A model generated the notes under the pieces. The model was given only the letters and a program-made list of their open reading frames with translations, did not search any database and was not told the DNA's origin. Below, in pieces: positions 9,869 through 20,778 of a DNA stretch of 60,889 nucleotides (within the stretch, counting starts at the first letter, position 1; every line of letters starts with the position of its first letter). This DNA comes from Lachnospiraceae bacterium (GTDB lineage Bacteria; Bacillota; Clostridia; Lachnospirales; Lachnospiraceae), in contig JAKSSA010000008.1 of the NCBI GenBank assembly GCA_024403335.1, positions 1-60,889 of the forward strand. The letters run 5' to 3'. A program made the position numbers and the translations under genes.

Positions 9869-11353
9869 ATGAAAACCGGCTTCGACAATGAAATGTATCT
9901 GAAGCGACAATCAGAAAAGATTGCTGAGCGTATCGCAAAAAGCGGTGAAAAGCTCTATCTTGAATTTGGTGGCAAGCTTTTTGATGACCATCATGCAGCA
10001 AGAGTTTTACCCGGCTTTGAGCCTGACTCAAAAATCAGAATGCTTGCAAAGCTTAAAGACAAAGCAGAAGTTATTATCGTTATCAATGCAAATGACATTG
10101 AAAAGAACAAGATGCGCGCTGATATCGGTATTACCTATGATGTTGATGTACTTCGTTTAATTGATGCATTTCGCGGATATGGTCTTCTTATCTCAAGCGT
10201 TGTATTAACACATTTTAAGAATCAGCCAAGTGCCGTTCAGTATATCAAAAAGCTTGAAGACCTTGAACTTAAGGTTTATAAGCACTACACCATAAAAGAC
10301 TATCCAAACAATATTCCTTTCATCGTAAGTGACGAAGGCTTTGGAAAAAATGACTTTGTTGAAACCACCAGACCTTTAGTTGTAGTAACTGCTCCAGGAC
10401 CCGGTAGCGGTAAAATGGCAACCTGTCTTTCCCAGCTTTATCATGAATATAAAAGAGGAGTTAAAGCAGGTTATGCAAAATTTGAAACCTTCCCTGTCTG
10501 GAACCTTGATTTAAATCACCCCGTAAACCTTGCTTACGAAGCCGCAACCGTTGATTTAGGTGATGAAAATCAGATTGACTTCTATCATGAAAGGGCCTAT
10601 GGCGAAAGATATGTTAATTACAATCGTGATATCGCCATTTATCCTTTAGTTGAGTCAATGCTTACAAGTATTCTCGGCACATGCCCCTATAAGTCCCCCA
10701 CTGATATGGGTGTAAACATGGTTGGCTTCTGTATTAATGATGATGAAGCTGTAAGAAAAGCTTCCAACAATGAAATTATCAGAAGATATTACAAAACACT
10801 TTGCGCTATAAGACAGAGTAATGCCGACAAGCCTCAGGCCAAGAAAATGGAACTGATAATGGAAAAGGCAAATATTACAACCAGTGACAGACCTTGTATT
10901 CAGGCAGCTATTGACAAAGCAGCCGAATCAAATGCTCCTGCAGCAGCTGCTGAATTGCCCGATGGAAGAATAGTAACAGGAAAGACAAGTAATCTCCTTG
11001 GTGCTTCTTCTGCTTTACTTCTCAACATTTTAAAGGAACTTGCAAATATACCCGATCCTGTTGATTTAATTTCTTCAACAGTCATCGAACCTATTCAAAA
11101 ACTCAAGGTCGGATATCTTGGCAATCATAACCCAAGACTGCACATGGATGAGTTGCTTGTTGCACTTTCAATTTGTGCTTTGACTGACGCTAATGCAAAG
11201 AAGGCCATGAATCAGCTTGAGAATCTTAAAAACATCGAAGTTCATTCAAGTGTTATTCTTTCACAGGTTGATATCAATGTTTTCAGAAAGCTTGGTGTAA
11301 ATCTCACCTGCGAACCTGATTATCAGACAAAGAAGCTCTATCATGGCAAGTAA
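9869..11353 (+). CDS. UPF0371 (DUF1846) family protein
   Basis: 494 aa. The N-terminus MKTGFDNEMYLKRQSEKIAERI and the length are typical of the UPF0371 family. Confidence 0.7.
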   Translation: MKTGFDNEMYLKRQSEKIAERIAKSGEKLYLEFGGKLFDDHHAARVLPGFEPDSKIRMLAKLKDKAEVIIVINANDIEKNKMRADIGITYDVDVLRLIDAFRGYGLLISSVVLTHFKNQPSAVQYIKKLEDLELKVYKHYTIKDYPNNIPFIVSDEGFGKNDFVETTRPLVVVTAPGPGSGKMATCLSQLYHEYKRGVKAGYAKFETFPVWNLDLNHPVNLAYEAATVDLGDENQIDFYHERAYGERYVNYNRDIAIYPLVESMLTSILGTCPYKSPTDMGVNMVGFCINDDEAVRKASNNEIIRRYYKTLCAIRQSNADKPQAKKMELIMEKANITTSDRPCIQAAIDKAAESNAPAAAAELPDGRIVTGKTSNLLGASSALLLNILKELANIPDPVDLISSTVIEPIQKLKVGYLGNHNPRLHMDELLVALSICALTDANAKKAMNQLENLKNIEVHSSVILSQVDINVFRKLGVNLTCEPDYQTKKLYHGK

Positions 11354-11354
11354 A

Positions 11355-11400
11355 AGTGAAAACAGCTGTAGGAATTAACCTCCTGCAGCTGTTTCTCTAT
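11355..11400. terminator. bidirectional terminator hairpin between convergent genes
   Basis: AACAGCTGTAGG (11361-11372) pairs with CCTGCAGCTGTT (11382-11393) as a 12-bp stem with one G-U pair. It overlaps the last codons of the minus-strand lipoprotein gene. Confidence 0.55.
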
Positions 11401-12460
11401 GTACCTTCAAATATCTTAGCATGTCGCCACTTAATTTAACGGCTTCTCTTAACACATCTTCGCGAATTTCAATTACTGTATCCTTTTTCCACTCCTCGCA
11501 AAGCTTATCAAGAAGTATTCTTCTTTGCTCAGTAAGCCACTCATTTCTTGCTTTTAATACTGCTTCCTCGTAATCATCACTTACACAGTAATAAAGCATA
11601 TAGTAATCCGCTGTTGATATAATTCCGGAATAATCTCCGGTTTTTAAATTCCAGACGCTTTCCTCATATTCTGATGGCAAATCGCCTTTTTTCAAAATCT
11701 GCTTAAATAATTTAGGGCGTTCATTTTCATATTCCATTAAGGCTTCCTTGTCGCCCCAGTCTCCTTTAAGCTTGTCAAGTGTCTTGCGAAGGCCCTCCTC
11801 TAAACCTACAATTTCGCCGGCTTCAAATCTTTTATGGCTACCATCCTCTTCAATACTAAACTTTCGTTTATAAATACACAAATAAGCTTTTCTTGAAAAA
11901 TCCGTTCCGTCCTCTTTTATTAGCTCATCAATATTTATTTCGTTATAAGCTTTAATTGCAAGTAAATTGTCCTTGTAAAGGTTTCTGATAACTGAATCAT
12001 CGAAGCCAAACATCTTAAGTTCAGATGAGCTTACCATTTCAAGGTATTTCTTTGTCTTCTCATCAGCTTCCTTCAAATCAGCTTCCGAAAGCAAAATCCT
12101 TTCTTCATCTGCCTTTTCACAAAGCAGTTTAATGACAATAATCCTTTCAAGCAGCTGCTTTGAAAGACTTTCGCCAATGGTTTCACCATCCTCGCTCAAA
12201 ACATAATCCCAGACAGCATCGCCATACCTACTGGTATATTCCTTGCAGATTTCACCAAAATATATGGCAAGTTCTTTCTTTCCGACATGGCGGTTGCCAA
12301 CTCTTATGACATCGCCTTCCTCCCACTGCCATTCATCCCTTGTATTGTTAAAGACATTTTCGTTACTGCAGCAAGCAAAAGAGAAGATAGAAGCAAAAAC
12401 TATCAATATAAAAGCTAATCTTTTATTAAATTTCTTTTCAGACTTCTCTACTGTTTTCAT
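11375..12460 (-). CDS. hypothetical lipoprotein (possibly a SurA/PrsA-N-like chaperone fold)
   Basis: Signal peptide with a lipobox (ILIVFASIFSFACCSN). It is a charged helical protein with no recognised catalytic motif. Confidence 0.45.
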   Translation of the reverse strand: MKTVEKSEKKFNKRLAFILIVFASIFSFACCSNENVFNNTRDEWQWEEGDVIRVGNRHVGKKELAIYFGEICKEYTSRYGDAVWDYVLSEDGETIGESLSKQLLERIIVIKLLCEKADEERILLSEADLKEADEKTKKYLEMVSSSELKMFGFDDSVIRNLYKDNLLAIKAYNEINIDELIKEDGTDFSRKAYLCIYKRKFSIEEDGSHKRFEAGEIVGLEEGLRKTLDKLKGDWGDKEALMEYENERPKLFKQILKKGDLPSEYEESVWNLKTGDYSGIISTADYYMLYYCVSDDYEEAVLKARNEWLTEQRRILLDKLCEEWKKDTVIEIREDVLREAVKLSGDMLRYLKVHRETAAGG

Positions 12461-12557
12461 TACCTGTATTTTTACTCTTCTACTACTGTTCTTTACCTGT
12501 CTTTTACTCTTCTGCTACTGTTCTTTACCTGTCTTTTACTCTTCTACATTGTTCTTT
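12461..12557. repeat. 32-bp tandem repeat, 3 copies; copy 3 encodes the mfd C-terminus
   Basis: acctgt(c/a)ttttactcttct(a/g)ctactgttcttt repeated three times. The mfd stop (12536-12538) and its last 7 codons lie inside copy 3. Confidence 0.7.
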
Positions 12558-15500
12558 CTGAATTCATCAAGAAATTCAACTAAACCTTCAAGCATCTCAC
12601 CCTGCTTTTCCAAAGTTGCACCCTTTGTTATCTTAAGCTTTATTAAAGGATTTGTGCCCTTTACCAAATGGCATATGTCATAAGGATTGGTTCTTATTAC
12701 ATTATTTCTTAAATTCATCAGGTTTCGTCTTGTAGTTTCTGAAATATTATTTCTAAATACACTTGGATAAGGATTATAGGATAAATTCGCTGTCTTCTTT
12801 AAATTCTTTTCTGACTTTTCAGCCTTTGAATTGTCAGGAGAAATGCCTTTTTTCTTGTCTTCTTCTAAAGCCTTAGCCTTGGCATATTCTTTGATAAAGC
12901 TTTCAAGCTTCTCATAATCAAATGGTGCCTTACTGTCAATAACAAAAGATACACTTTCCTCTTCTTCTGTCATCCTTGTGATGTAACATTTCTCACATAA
13001 AGCTCGTATTAATGAGACATTAATTAAATTAACAACCTTTTGAGGTATATCCTCTCCATATCTGTCAATAATCTCATCAATCAGTTCATATCTTTCTTCT
13101 TTAGAAGTGATTTCAGAAATATCCTTATACAAATCAAGTCTTTGTTTTTCGCTTCCTATATATTCAACAGGAATCATTGCATCAACATTAATTTTTACCT
13201 GGGATTCAACATTAACCTTACGCTTTCCTGTTTTCTCATATTCGATAGCTTGCTCTAAAAGCTTGCAGTAAAGGTCATATCCTACTTCTTCAACCTGTCC
13301 GCTTTGTGCAAAGCCAAGAATGCTTCCGGCTCCTCTAATTTCCAAATCCCTCATTGCGATTCTTACGCCAGAGCCTAAGTCTGTGAACTCTTTTATCGCC
13401 TCTAATCTCTTAGAAGCCACTTCGCTAACTAACTTGTCTCGCTTATACATCATGAAAGCATATGCCAAACGATTTGATCTTCCTACTCGTCCTCTTAACT
13501 GATAAAGCTGTGACAAACCGAAATTTTCGGCATTGTCAACAATAATTGTATTAACATTTGGAATATCAAGACCGGTTTCTATAATAGTTGTTGAAACCAA
13601 AACATCAATATCGCCGTTGATAAAGCTGTACATGATGCGTTCAAGCTCGCGCTCTGACATTTGCCCATGTGCAAAGCTAACCCTTGCATCAGGAACGAGC
13701 TCCATAATACGGGCTGCAACTCTTTCTATTCCGTCAACCCTGTTATAAACATAATATACCTGTCCGTTTCGTGCTAATTCTCTTGAAATAGCTTCACGAA
13801 TCATTTCCTCGTCATGTTCAAGCACAAAGGTCTGAATCGGAAGTCTGTCAATAGGCGGCTCTTTAAGCATACTCATGTCCCTTACACCTATCAAGCTCAT
13901 GTGCAAGGTTCTTGGAATAGGTGTTGCAGTCAAAGTTAAAACATCAACTTCATTTTTTATAAGTTTAATTCTTTCCTTTTGAGCTACCCCAAAACGCTGC
14001 TCTTCATCAACGATAAGTAACCCTAAATCCTTAAACTCAACATCCTTTGATAATATTCTGTGAGTTCCAACCAAAATATCCGCTTTACCTGTTTTAGCGG
14101 CTTCCAAAGCAGCTTTCTGTTGTGCAGGTGATTTTAACCGGCTCAGCATTTCGACATGTATCGCAGTATTGGCAAATCTCTTGCTGAAGGTATTATAATG
14201 TTGTCCGGCAAGAATTGTAGTAGGTGCCAAAACCGCAACCTGCTTTCCGCTGTTTACTGCTTTAAATGCAGCTCTTATTGCAACCTCAGTTTTACCAAAA
14301 CCAACATCACCACAAACCAGTCTGTCCATGATTCTGTCGCTTTCCATATCCTGCTTGACATCCCATATAGCTTTAATCTGATCTTCCGTTTCTTCAAAAG
14401 GAAAGGCTGACTCAAACCCACGCGCATCATCATCATCCACATCATATCTGAAGCCGTTTATTCTCTGTCTCTTTGCATAAAGCTCAACAAGTTCCTTTGC
14501 CATCAAAGAAACTTCCTTCTTTACCCTGTCTCTCGTCTTATTCCATTTCTGTGAATTAAGATTGGATAAAGCAGGCTTCTGTGCTGTATCTTTAGAGGCA
14601 TACTTTGAAAGACGGTGGAAATTTTCAGGATCAATATAAATTGCGCCATTTGATGCATATTCAACTTTTATCTTATCCTTCATTGTGCCATTGTCTTCAA
14701 AATTAACAATACCACGATAAATACCAATCCCAAAACGCTCATCTACAACATAATCACCGAATGTCAGATTATCTAATGAGCTTAACTTTCTTCCTCTCGG
14801 TTCGCTAACCTTAAATTTCTTTCGTTCCCTTGAAGTCGAAATGTCATTTTCGGTAATTACAACCAGTCTATTGTCATTATCGATAAAACCATGCTCTAAA
14901 GTTCCCTTAACAACAAGCATTTCTCCCTTTTCAGGTATGTTTTCCGCATCAATTTGTAAAGTAACTTCAAATTTATTCTCTCTTAATTTCTCTGCAAAGG
15001 CCTCTGTTCTTTCTTCATTATACAAAACAAGCAAAATGGCGAATTTCTGCTTACTATAAGTTAATAAGTCCGCATATAAAAGTTCTTCATTATTAAAATA
15101 GTTAGAACCCTGCATGATGCCAAGATGATTTTTTTCTCTTTCCTTAAACGACGAAAAACGCCCGTCAATTGACGAGATGTACATCAGCTTTTTATCTGTA
15201 AGTATGGAAAATACCTGCTTGTATTCGTAAAGAATATGCGTTTCGCGTGGCAGGATATATCCTTTATTTACTCTTCCTTCAAGGCTTTGCTCAAAAGCTT
15301 TAATATTAGTTTCAACTGCTGTTTCAGTATCAATTACTTCGTCTATAACAACTAAAGTATCGTTATCAAAATAGTCTGCAAAGCTTTCTGTTCTGTCATA
15401 AAAATAATCAAGCTTTCCTTCAATCTGCATCTGATTAAAATCAAGCATTCCCTCTTTGAACTCGCTTATCGTCTTGTTAAGTCTGAAGGCTTCTTCAGAA

Positions 15501-16273
15501 AGCAATGCATCACTTAGCTGTTTAACTCTCAAATCAAGTTCTTTATCTATCTTTTCAAGACCTGCATATTTTTCTTCCTTGGTAAGTAAAAACTCACAGG
15601 CCGGATAAATCTTAATTGAGTTTATGTTCTGAATCATTCTCTGGGATTCTATATCAAAATAACGTATGTCATTGATTTCATCCCCCCAGAATTCAATTCT
15701 TACAGGGTTTTCTTCAGTAAAAGGATAAATGTCAACAATTCCACCTCGAATACAGAACTGTCCTTCTGCCTCAATCATTTCATTTCTTGAATATCCTAAA
15801 AATAAGAGGCGTTCCCTTAAATCATCAATGGAAATCTCTGTTTTATCCTTCTCGATATTAAGGATGCTTTCCTTAAATCGCTTAATTGGCATATGCTTTT
15901 CAAGTAGTGATTCAAAGCTTGCCACAATTGTTACTTCATCATCTTCAATTAAGTGTGAAATAGCATTAATTCGGTCTCTTGCAAGAATATTATTATGTAC
16001 ATCGGCATAGTAGAAAACCAAATCCTTATCAGGATAATAATAAGTATTCCTGTCATTTGCCTTTAAGCGATTAAACAAAGCCATCGCATTAAGTGAATTT
16101 GAAGCAAGAACAAGTCTCTTTTTAGAGGATTTCTCAAAAATTGCATGCAAAACAAAGCCCTTCTGGGTGTCCGGACATCCCGTAACCCAGACGGGCACTT
16201 TTCTTCTTTTCAAAGCATCAAGGGTATCCTTAATCTCTGGTCTTTCCTGAATTAGTCTCGTCAGCGCTTTCAA
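12536..16273 (-). CDS. mfd: transcription-repair coupling factor Mfd, with a C-terminal extension of about 70 aa
   Basis: 1245 aa. It has a UvrB-homology N-terminal region, an RNAP-interacting domain, and superfamily-2 helicase motifs (GDVGFGKTEVA Walker A; DEEQRFG). The pth-mfd gene order is conserved. Confidence 0.9.
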   Translation of the reverse strand: MKALTRLIQERPEIKDTLDALKRRKVPVWVTGCPDTQKGFVLHAIFEKSSKKRLVLASNSLNAMALFNRLKANDRNTYYYPDKDLVFYYADVHNNILARDRINAISHLIEDDEVTIVASFESLLEKHMPIKRFKESILNIEKDKTEISIDDLRERLLFLGYSRNEMIEAEGQFCIRGGIVDIYPFTEENPVRIEFWGDEINDIRYFDIESQRMIQNINSIKIYPACEFLLTKEEKYAGLEKIDKELDLRVKQLSDALLSEEAFRLNKTISEFKEGMLDFNQMQIEGKLDYFYDRTESFADYFDNDTLVVIDEVIDTETAVETNIKAFEQSLEGRVNKGYILPRETHILYEYKQVFSILTDKKLMYISSIDGRFSSFKEREKNHLGIMQGSNYFNNEELLYADLLTYSKQKFAILLVLYNEERTEAFAEKLRENKFEVTLQIDAENIPEKGEMLVVKGTLEHGFIDNDNRLVVITENDISTSRERKKFKVSEPRGRKLSSLDNLTFGDYVVDERFGIGIYRGIVNFEDNGTMKDKIKVEYASNGAIYIDPENFHRLSKYASKDTAQKPALSNLNSQKWNKTRDRVKKEVSLMAKELVELYAKRQRINGFRYDVDDDDARGFESAFPFEETEDQIKAIWDVKQDMESDRIMDRLVCGDVGFGKTEVAIRAAFKAVNSGKQVAVLAPTTILAGQHYNTFSKRFANTAIHVEMLSRLKSPAQQKAALEAAKTGKADILVGTHRILSKDVEFKDLGLLIVDEEQRFGVAQKERIKLIKNEVDVLTLTATPIPRTLHMSLIGVRDMSMLKEPPIDRLPIQTFVLEHDEEMIREAISRELARNGQVYYVYNRVDGIERVAARIMELVPDARVSFAHGQMSERELERIMYSFINGDIDVLVSTTIIETGLDIPNVNTIIVDNAENFGLSQLYQLRGRVGRSNRLAYAFMMYKRDKLVSEVASKRLEAIKEFTDLGSGVRIAMRDLEIRGAGSILGFAQSGQVEEVGYDLYCKLLEQAIEYEKTGKRKVNVESQVKINVDAMIPVEYIGSEKQRLDLYKDISEITSKEERYELIDEIIDRYGEDIPQKVVNLINVSLIRALCEKCYITRMTEEEESVSFVIDSKAPFDYEKLESFIKEYAKAKALEEDKKKGISPDNSKAEKSEKNLKKTANLSYNPYPSVFRNNISETTRRNLMNLRNNVIRTNPYDICHLVKGTNPLIKLKITKGATLEKQGEMLEGLVEFLDEFRKNNVEE

Positions 16274-16844
16274 TTTTCTTCACCTTGCGATTATACAAGT
16301 TCATTGCTTCTTCTCTCTTACCGGTTACAAGCATCAATGCTGCATCACCGGCTTTTTTGATTTCTTCAGCAATAATCTCCTTTTCACTCTTGGAAAAATG
16401 TCCGAGAACATAATCCTTGAGTTCGCCTTTTCGTTCTTCTTCACCTACTCCGACCTTAACTCGTGCAAAATCATCACTTCCTAAATGAAGAATGATATTT
16501 TTAAGCCCGTTATGGCCGCCTGCACTTCCTTTAAGTCTTATTCTTAACTGTCCTAAAGGTAAAGTGATATCGTCTGATATTACAACAATATCTTCAAGCT
16601 CAAGCTTATAAAAATCTGCGGCGGCTCTGATGCTTTCACCTGACAGATTCATGTAAGTCTGCGGCTTAAGTAACAGAATTTTCTCCCCATTAAAAACACC
16701 ACAGGCAATTAACCCCTTGTGTTTCTTTTCCTTAACGGAAACACCAAGCTTGCCTGCAATGTAATCAATAACTTCAAATCCTGCATTATGTCTGGTTCCG
16801 TCATATTCCTTGTCCGGATTTCCCAGTCCTGCAATCAGTTTCAT
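16230..16844 (-). CDS. pth: peptidyl-tRNA hydrolase
   Basis: MKLIAGLGNPDKEYDGTRHNAGF is the canonical Pth N-terminus. At 204 aa it is about 15 aa longer than usual, and it overlaps the mfd start. Confidence 0.85.
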   Translation of the reverse strand: MKLIAGLGNPDKEYDGTRHNAGFEVIDYIAGKLGVSVKEKKHKGLIACGVFNGEKILLLKPQTYMNLSGESIRAAADFYKLELEDIVVISDDITLPLGQLRIRLKGSAGGHNGLKNIILHLGSDDFARVKVGVGEEERKGELKDYVLGHFSKSEKEIIAEEIKKAGDAALMLVTGKREEAMNLYNRKVKKIESADETNSGKTRD

Positions 16845-17975
16845 TTACTTTTCCTCAATTCCGTATCTGTCTGTCATATCGGAAATAACCAATGGCTTTC
16901 CTTCACCAACAAATCTTGAGCCCTGCTTAATTGTATTTCTGCTTTCAACAATTACATTTTCAAGATATACATTATCCTCGATGTAGGTACCATTTAAAAC
17001 AATTGAATTCTTAATAACAGTATTGTTGCCAACATATACTCCCTTAAAGAGCAGTGAATTCTCAACAACACCATTAAGAATTGAGCCTGAAGATACCAAG
17101 CTGTTCTTAACTACTGCCTGCGGATTATATTTTGCCGGAGGTAAATCATCAATCTTTGAATATACATCCGGGTATTCCCTGAAGAAATAATTACGAACCT
17201 CCGGTTTAAGGAAATCCATATTTGTCTTGTAATAAGAATCAACACAGGCGATATTACTCCAATAGGTTTCAAGATTATAGCTGTAAAGCTTCTTTACATC
17301 CTTATAACGAACCAATATGTCCTTTACCAAATCATAGCGTTCTTCCTTTGCGGCACTTTCAATAAGTTCAATTAAAAGACGTCTTCTGATTACATAAATA
17401 CCGCAGGAAACAGTGCTTGAATTTGCAATTAACGGTTTTTCCTCATAATCAACAATTCTTCCGTCAGCATCTGTTTTAACCAGACCATAACGTGTAACTT
17501 CGTCCTCAGTTACATTAACATGCTTGGTTACAACAGTAATATCTGCATTCTTATCGATATGATATTCAAGTACCTTTCTGTAATCCAGCTTATAAATTCC
17601 ATCACCTGAAGCAATGATAACATAAGGTTCATGACTTTGATGAAGGAAAGTAAGATTCTGATAAATGGCATCTGCTGTTCCGCGATACCAAAATCCGTTA
17701 TCAGGGGTAATCGTAGGTGTAAATACGAACAAGCCACCCTGTTTACGACCAAAATCCCACCACTTTGAAGATGAAAGATGCTCATGTAAGGATCTTGAAT
17801 TATACTGTGTCAATACTGCTACCTTCTGAACATGTGAATTAGTCATGTTACTTAAAGTAAAGTCGATTGCTCTGTAAGAACCGGCAATCGGCATCGCAGA
17901 AATTGCACGGAGCTTTGAAAGACCGCTCATGCGGTTAGAATTACCGCCGGCTAAAACAATACCTATTGCTTTCAT
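16845..17975 (-). CDS. glgD: glucose-1-phosphate adenylyltransferase, GlgD (non-catalytic) subunit
   Basis: A nucleotidyltransferase fold plus a left-handed beta-helix domain, immediately downstream of glgC. This is the Firmicute glgCD arrangement. Confidence 0.75.
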   Translation of the reverse strand: MKAIGIVLAGGNSNRMSGLSKLRAISAMPIAGSYRAIDFTLSNMTNSHVQKVAVLTQYNSRSLHEHLSSSKWWDFGRKQGGLFVFTPTITPDNGFWYRGTADAIYQNLTFLHQSHEPYVIIASGDGIYKLDYRKVLEYHIDKNADITVVTKHVNVTEDEVTRYGLVKTDADGRIVDYEEKPLIANSSTVSCGIYVIRRRLLIELIESAAKEERYDLVKDILVRYKDVKKLYSYNLETYWSNIACVDSYYKTNMDFLKPEVRNYFFREYPDVYSKIDDLPPAKYNPQAVVKNSLVSSGSILNGVVENSLLFKGVYVGNNTVIKNSIVLNGTYIEDNVYLENVIVESRNTIKQGSRFVGEGKPLVISDMTDRYGIEEK

Positions 17976-19300
17976 ACCAAAGCCACCTCCTTAAAGATAT
18001 TTTTACCTGAAGGTAAAACATTATCAGGATAATCCTCCAAAGTTGTGCTGCCTGTAATTGCAGTATTTCTTCCGACCTTTACACCTGCTGGAATTACAGT
18101 ATCCTCACCAATGGTAACAAGACCTGAGTTATAAATACCTGAATTAAATTCGTTAGGTGCTTCCTCGCCAAAGCCTATTACTGTTCCTTTGCCAATTACG
18201 CAATTTTCAGCAATAATGGCTTTGTCAACATATGCATTCTCTCCAATTTCGGTAGAATTCATGAGAATTGAGTCAACAACCTTTGCTCCCTTCTTTACAA
18301 CTACACCGGGACCGATAATTGAATGCACAACCTCGCCATATATTTCAGCACCTTCGCCTATGATGGCTTGATTTACAATCGCATCCTCGGCTATATACTG
18401 AGGTGGAATAACATCTGTTTTTGTATAAATCTTCCAAAAGCTTTCATAAAGATTAAATACAGGAATGAGCTCAATAAGCTCCATGTTGGTCTCCCAATAT
18501 GACTGTAAAGTACCAACATCCTTCCAATAGCCATTATGAACGAAGGAGAATATTCTCTTTCCGTTTTCATGGCAATAAGGAATAATATGCTTACCAAAGT
18601 CACAGCCTGGAACTTCAGACAATTTAATCAATGCTTCTCTTAATACTTTCCAGGTAAAAATATAAATACCCATGGAAGCAAGATTACTTCTCGGATTCTT
18701 TGGCTTTTCTTCAAATTCATTAATTCTGCCTGTCTCATCAGCAATACAAATACCAAAACGGTGTGCCTCCTCGTAAGGAACAGGAAGAGTTGCTATGGTA
18801 ACATCTGCATTGTTCTTCTTATGATACTCAAGCATTATCTCATAATCCATCTTGTAAATATGGTCACCGCCAAGGATGAGCACATATTCCGGATTATAAT
18901 AATCTATAAAGCGTAAATTCTGGTAAATAGCATTAGCTGTACCTGTATACCATTCAGAATTAGCACTCTTTTCGTAAGGAGGAAGAATACTTACTCCGCC
19001 GACATTTCTGTCCAAATCCCAGGGAATACCAATACCAATATGAGTATTCAGTCTAAGAGGCTGATACTGCGTCAAAACACCAACTGTGTCAATTCCTGAA
19101 TTAATACAGTTACTTAAAGGGAAATCAATAATACGATATTTACCGCCGAATGAAACCGCCGGTTTTGCAATTTTTGAAGTTAATACTCCAAGTCGTGAAC
19201 CCTGCCCTCCGGCTAAAAGCATGGCTATCATTTCTTTCTTAATCAATGCCTTCTCCTCCATACATTTATTAAGTTTATCACCCATTTCATTATAATACAT
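17972..19300 (-). CDS. glgC: glucose-1-phosphate adenylyltransferase, catalytic subunit
   Basis: [21 protein letters not shown] matches the GlgC N-terminal signature. The true start is probably internal (MEEK at about 19261 or MIAM at about 19225). The track start at 19300 lacks an RBS. Confidence 0.85.
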   Translation of the reverse strand: MYYNEMGDKLNKCMEEKALIKKEMIAMLLAGGQGSRLGVLTSKIAKPAVSFGGKYRIIDFPLSNCINSGIDTVGVLTQYQPLRLNTHIGIGIPWDLDRNVGGVSILPPYEKSANSEWYTGTANAIYQNLRFIDYYNPEYVLILGGDHIYKMDYEIMLEYHKKNNADVTIATLPVPYEEAHRFGICIADETGRINEFEEKPKNPRSNLASMGIYIFTWKVLREALIKLSEVPGCDFGKHIIPYCHENGKRIFSFVHNGYWKDVGTLQSYWETNMELIELIPVFNLYESFWKIYTKTDVIPPQYIAEDAIVNQAIIGEGAEIYGEVVHSIIGPGVVVKKGAKVVDSILMNSTEIGENAYVDKAIIAENCVIGKGTVIGFGEEAPNEFNSGIYNSGLVTIGEDTVIPAGVKVGRNTAITGSTTLEDYPDNVLPSGKNIFKEVALV

Positions 19301-19387
19301 TTAAGCCCATCTTTTCAAGGCAGAAAACTTGGCAAATGAATGGGCAAATAAAACTTGAACTCAAAAGTTAAATTTCTTATAATAAAG

Positions 19388-19565
19388 TGTTAAATAACGG
19401 TTTAATTGTTAAATAACCGTTTATGAATTAACAGATTATTAAATAACAGATTAATAAATAACGAGTTAATAAGAAGCCGGTAATTAATAACAAATTAATA
19501 AGCAACAGGTTAATTAATAGCAAATTAATAAGTAACAGGTTAAATAACAGATTAATAAAGAACAT
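19388..19565. repeat. TTAATAA-rich degenerate tandem repeat array (about 10 units of 14-16 bp) in the divergent glgC/aminotransferase promoter region
   Basis: Direct reading gives aacagattaataaat / aacgagttaataaga / ... / aacaggttaaataac. It also contains an inverted repeat AACGGTT-N12-AACCGTT at 19397-19422. Confidence 0.65.
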
Positions 19566-19590
19566 TTTACAGGAAAGGCGGATTAAATAT

Positions 19591-20778
19591 ATGTTTTCAA
19601 AAGAGATGGCTGATTTAGGAAAAAAAAGATCAACAATTCGTGAAATCTTCGAATATGGCAATACCAGAGCAAAGGAAATAGGAAGAGAAAACATATACGA
19701 TTTCAGTCTCGGAAACCCTTCCATTCCGGCACCTTCTGCCATGTCAGAATATCTCAGAGAGCTCATTGAGAACGAAAAGCCTGAATTATTACATGGTTAT
19801 ACCAGTGCCCAGGGAGCTGAGAATGTCAGAATTTCAATAGCTGAATCACTCAACAGAAGATTTGCAACTTCCTTTAATAAAGACAATATCTATATGACCG
19901 TTGGTGCAGCAGCAGCTTTGTCAATTGTATTAAAAGCCCTTACCGAACCAGCTGATGAATTCATAGTATTTGCGCCCTTTTTCCCTGAATATCGCTGCTT
20001 TATTGAAAGTGGTGCAAAGGCAAAATGTGTTGTAATTCCACCTGACAGAGAAAACTTCCAGATTAATTTTGATGAATTTGAAAAAGCAATCAGTGAAAAC
20101 ACTAAAGGGGTTATCGTTAATTCACCAAACAACCCTTCAGGCGCAGTTTACAGTGAAGAAACCATTAAAAAACTTGCTTCTTTACTTGAAAAAAAATCAG
20201 AAGAATATAATCATCCGATTTTCTTGATTTCAGATGAACCCTACAGAGAAATAGTATATGACGGATTGAATATTCCTTTTGTAACAAAATATTACAAAAA
20301 TACCATCGTTTGCTATTCTTACAGCAAAGCGCTTTCTCTTGCCGGAGAAAGAATAGGCTATGTTTTGGTCCCAAACGAGGTGACAAACTCAAAGGACATT
20401 TATGCAGCAGTTTGCGGCGCCGGCAGAATTTTAGGCTATGTTTGCGCACCTGCCATGTTCCAGCGTGTCGTTGCCGCTTTCTCCGATTCCACAAGCGATA
20501 TTTCGATATATGAAAAGAACAGAAACCTGCTTTACGACAATCTCTCAAAATACGGCTATAAAATGGTCAAACCTCAGGGTGCTTTTTACATTTTCTTAAA
20601 AGCCTTGGAAGAAGATGAGCATGCATTTTGCGAAAAAGCAAAAAAATATGAGCTTTTACTTGTTCCAGGAACAGACTTTGGTTGCCCTGGCTATGTCAGA
20701 TTATCCTACTGCGTTTCAACCTCTATGATAGAAAAATCCTTACCTTTATTTGAAAAGCTGGCAAAAGATTATGAGTGA
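19591..20778 (+). CDS. PLP-dependent aminotransferase, class I/II (aspartate aminotransferase-like)
   Basis: 395 aa. SYSKALSLAGERIGY contains the PLP-lysine motif (SxSK). Fold-type I spacing. Confidence 0.8.
   Translation: MFSKEMADLGKKRSTIREIFEYGNTRAKEIGRENIYDFSLGNPSIPAPSAMSEYLRELIENEKPELLHGYTSAQGAENVRISIAESLNRRFATSFNKDNIYMTVGAAAALSIVLKALTEPADEFIVFAPFFPEYRCFIESGAKAKCVVIPPDRENFQINFDEFEKAISENTKGVIVNSPNNPSGAVYSEETIKKLASLLEKKSEEYNHPIFLISDEPYREIVYDGLNIPFVTKYYKNTIVCYSYSKALSLAGERIGYVLVPNEVTNSKDIYAAVCGAGRILGYVCAPAMFQRVVAAFSDSTSDISIYEKNRNLLYDNLSKYGYKMVKPQGAFYIFLKALEEDEHAFCEKAKKYELLLVPGTDFGCPGYVRLSYCVSTSMIEKSLPLFEKLAKDYE

Noticed and set aside
19428-19766. 112-aa minus-strand ORF with 'INLLLINLLLINLLL' periodicity
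   Set aside because: It is the translation of the TTAATAA tandem repeat array and has no RBS. It is a repeat artefact, not a gene.
20165-20548. 127-aa Arg-rich ORF antisense to the aminotransferase gene
   Set aside because: It lies fully inside a well-supported gene on the opposite strand. The composition is biased (R/K/C-rich) and it has no RBS.
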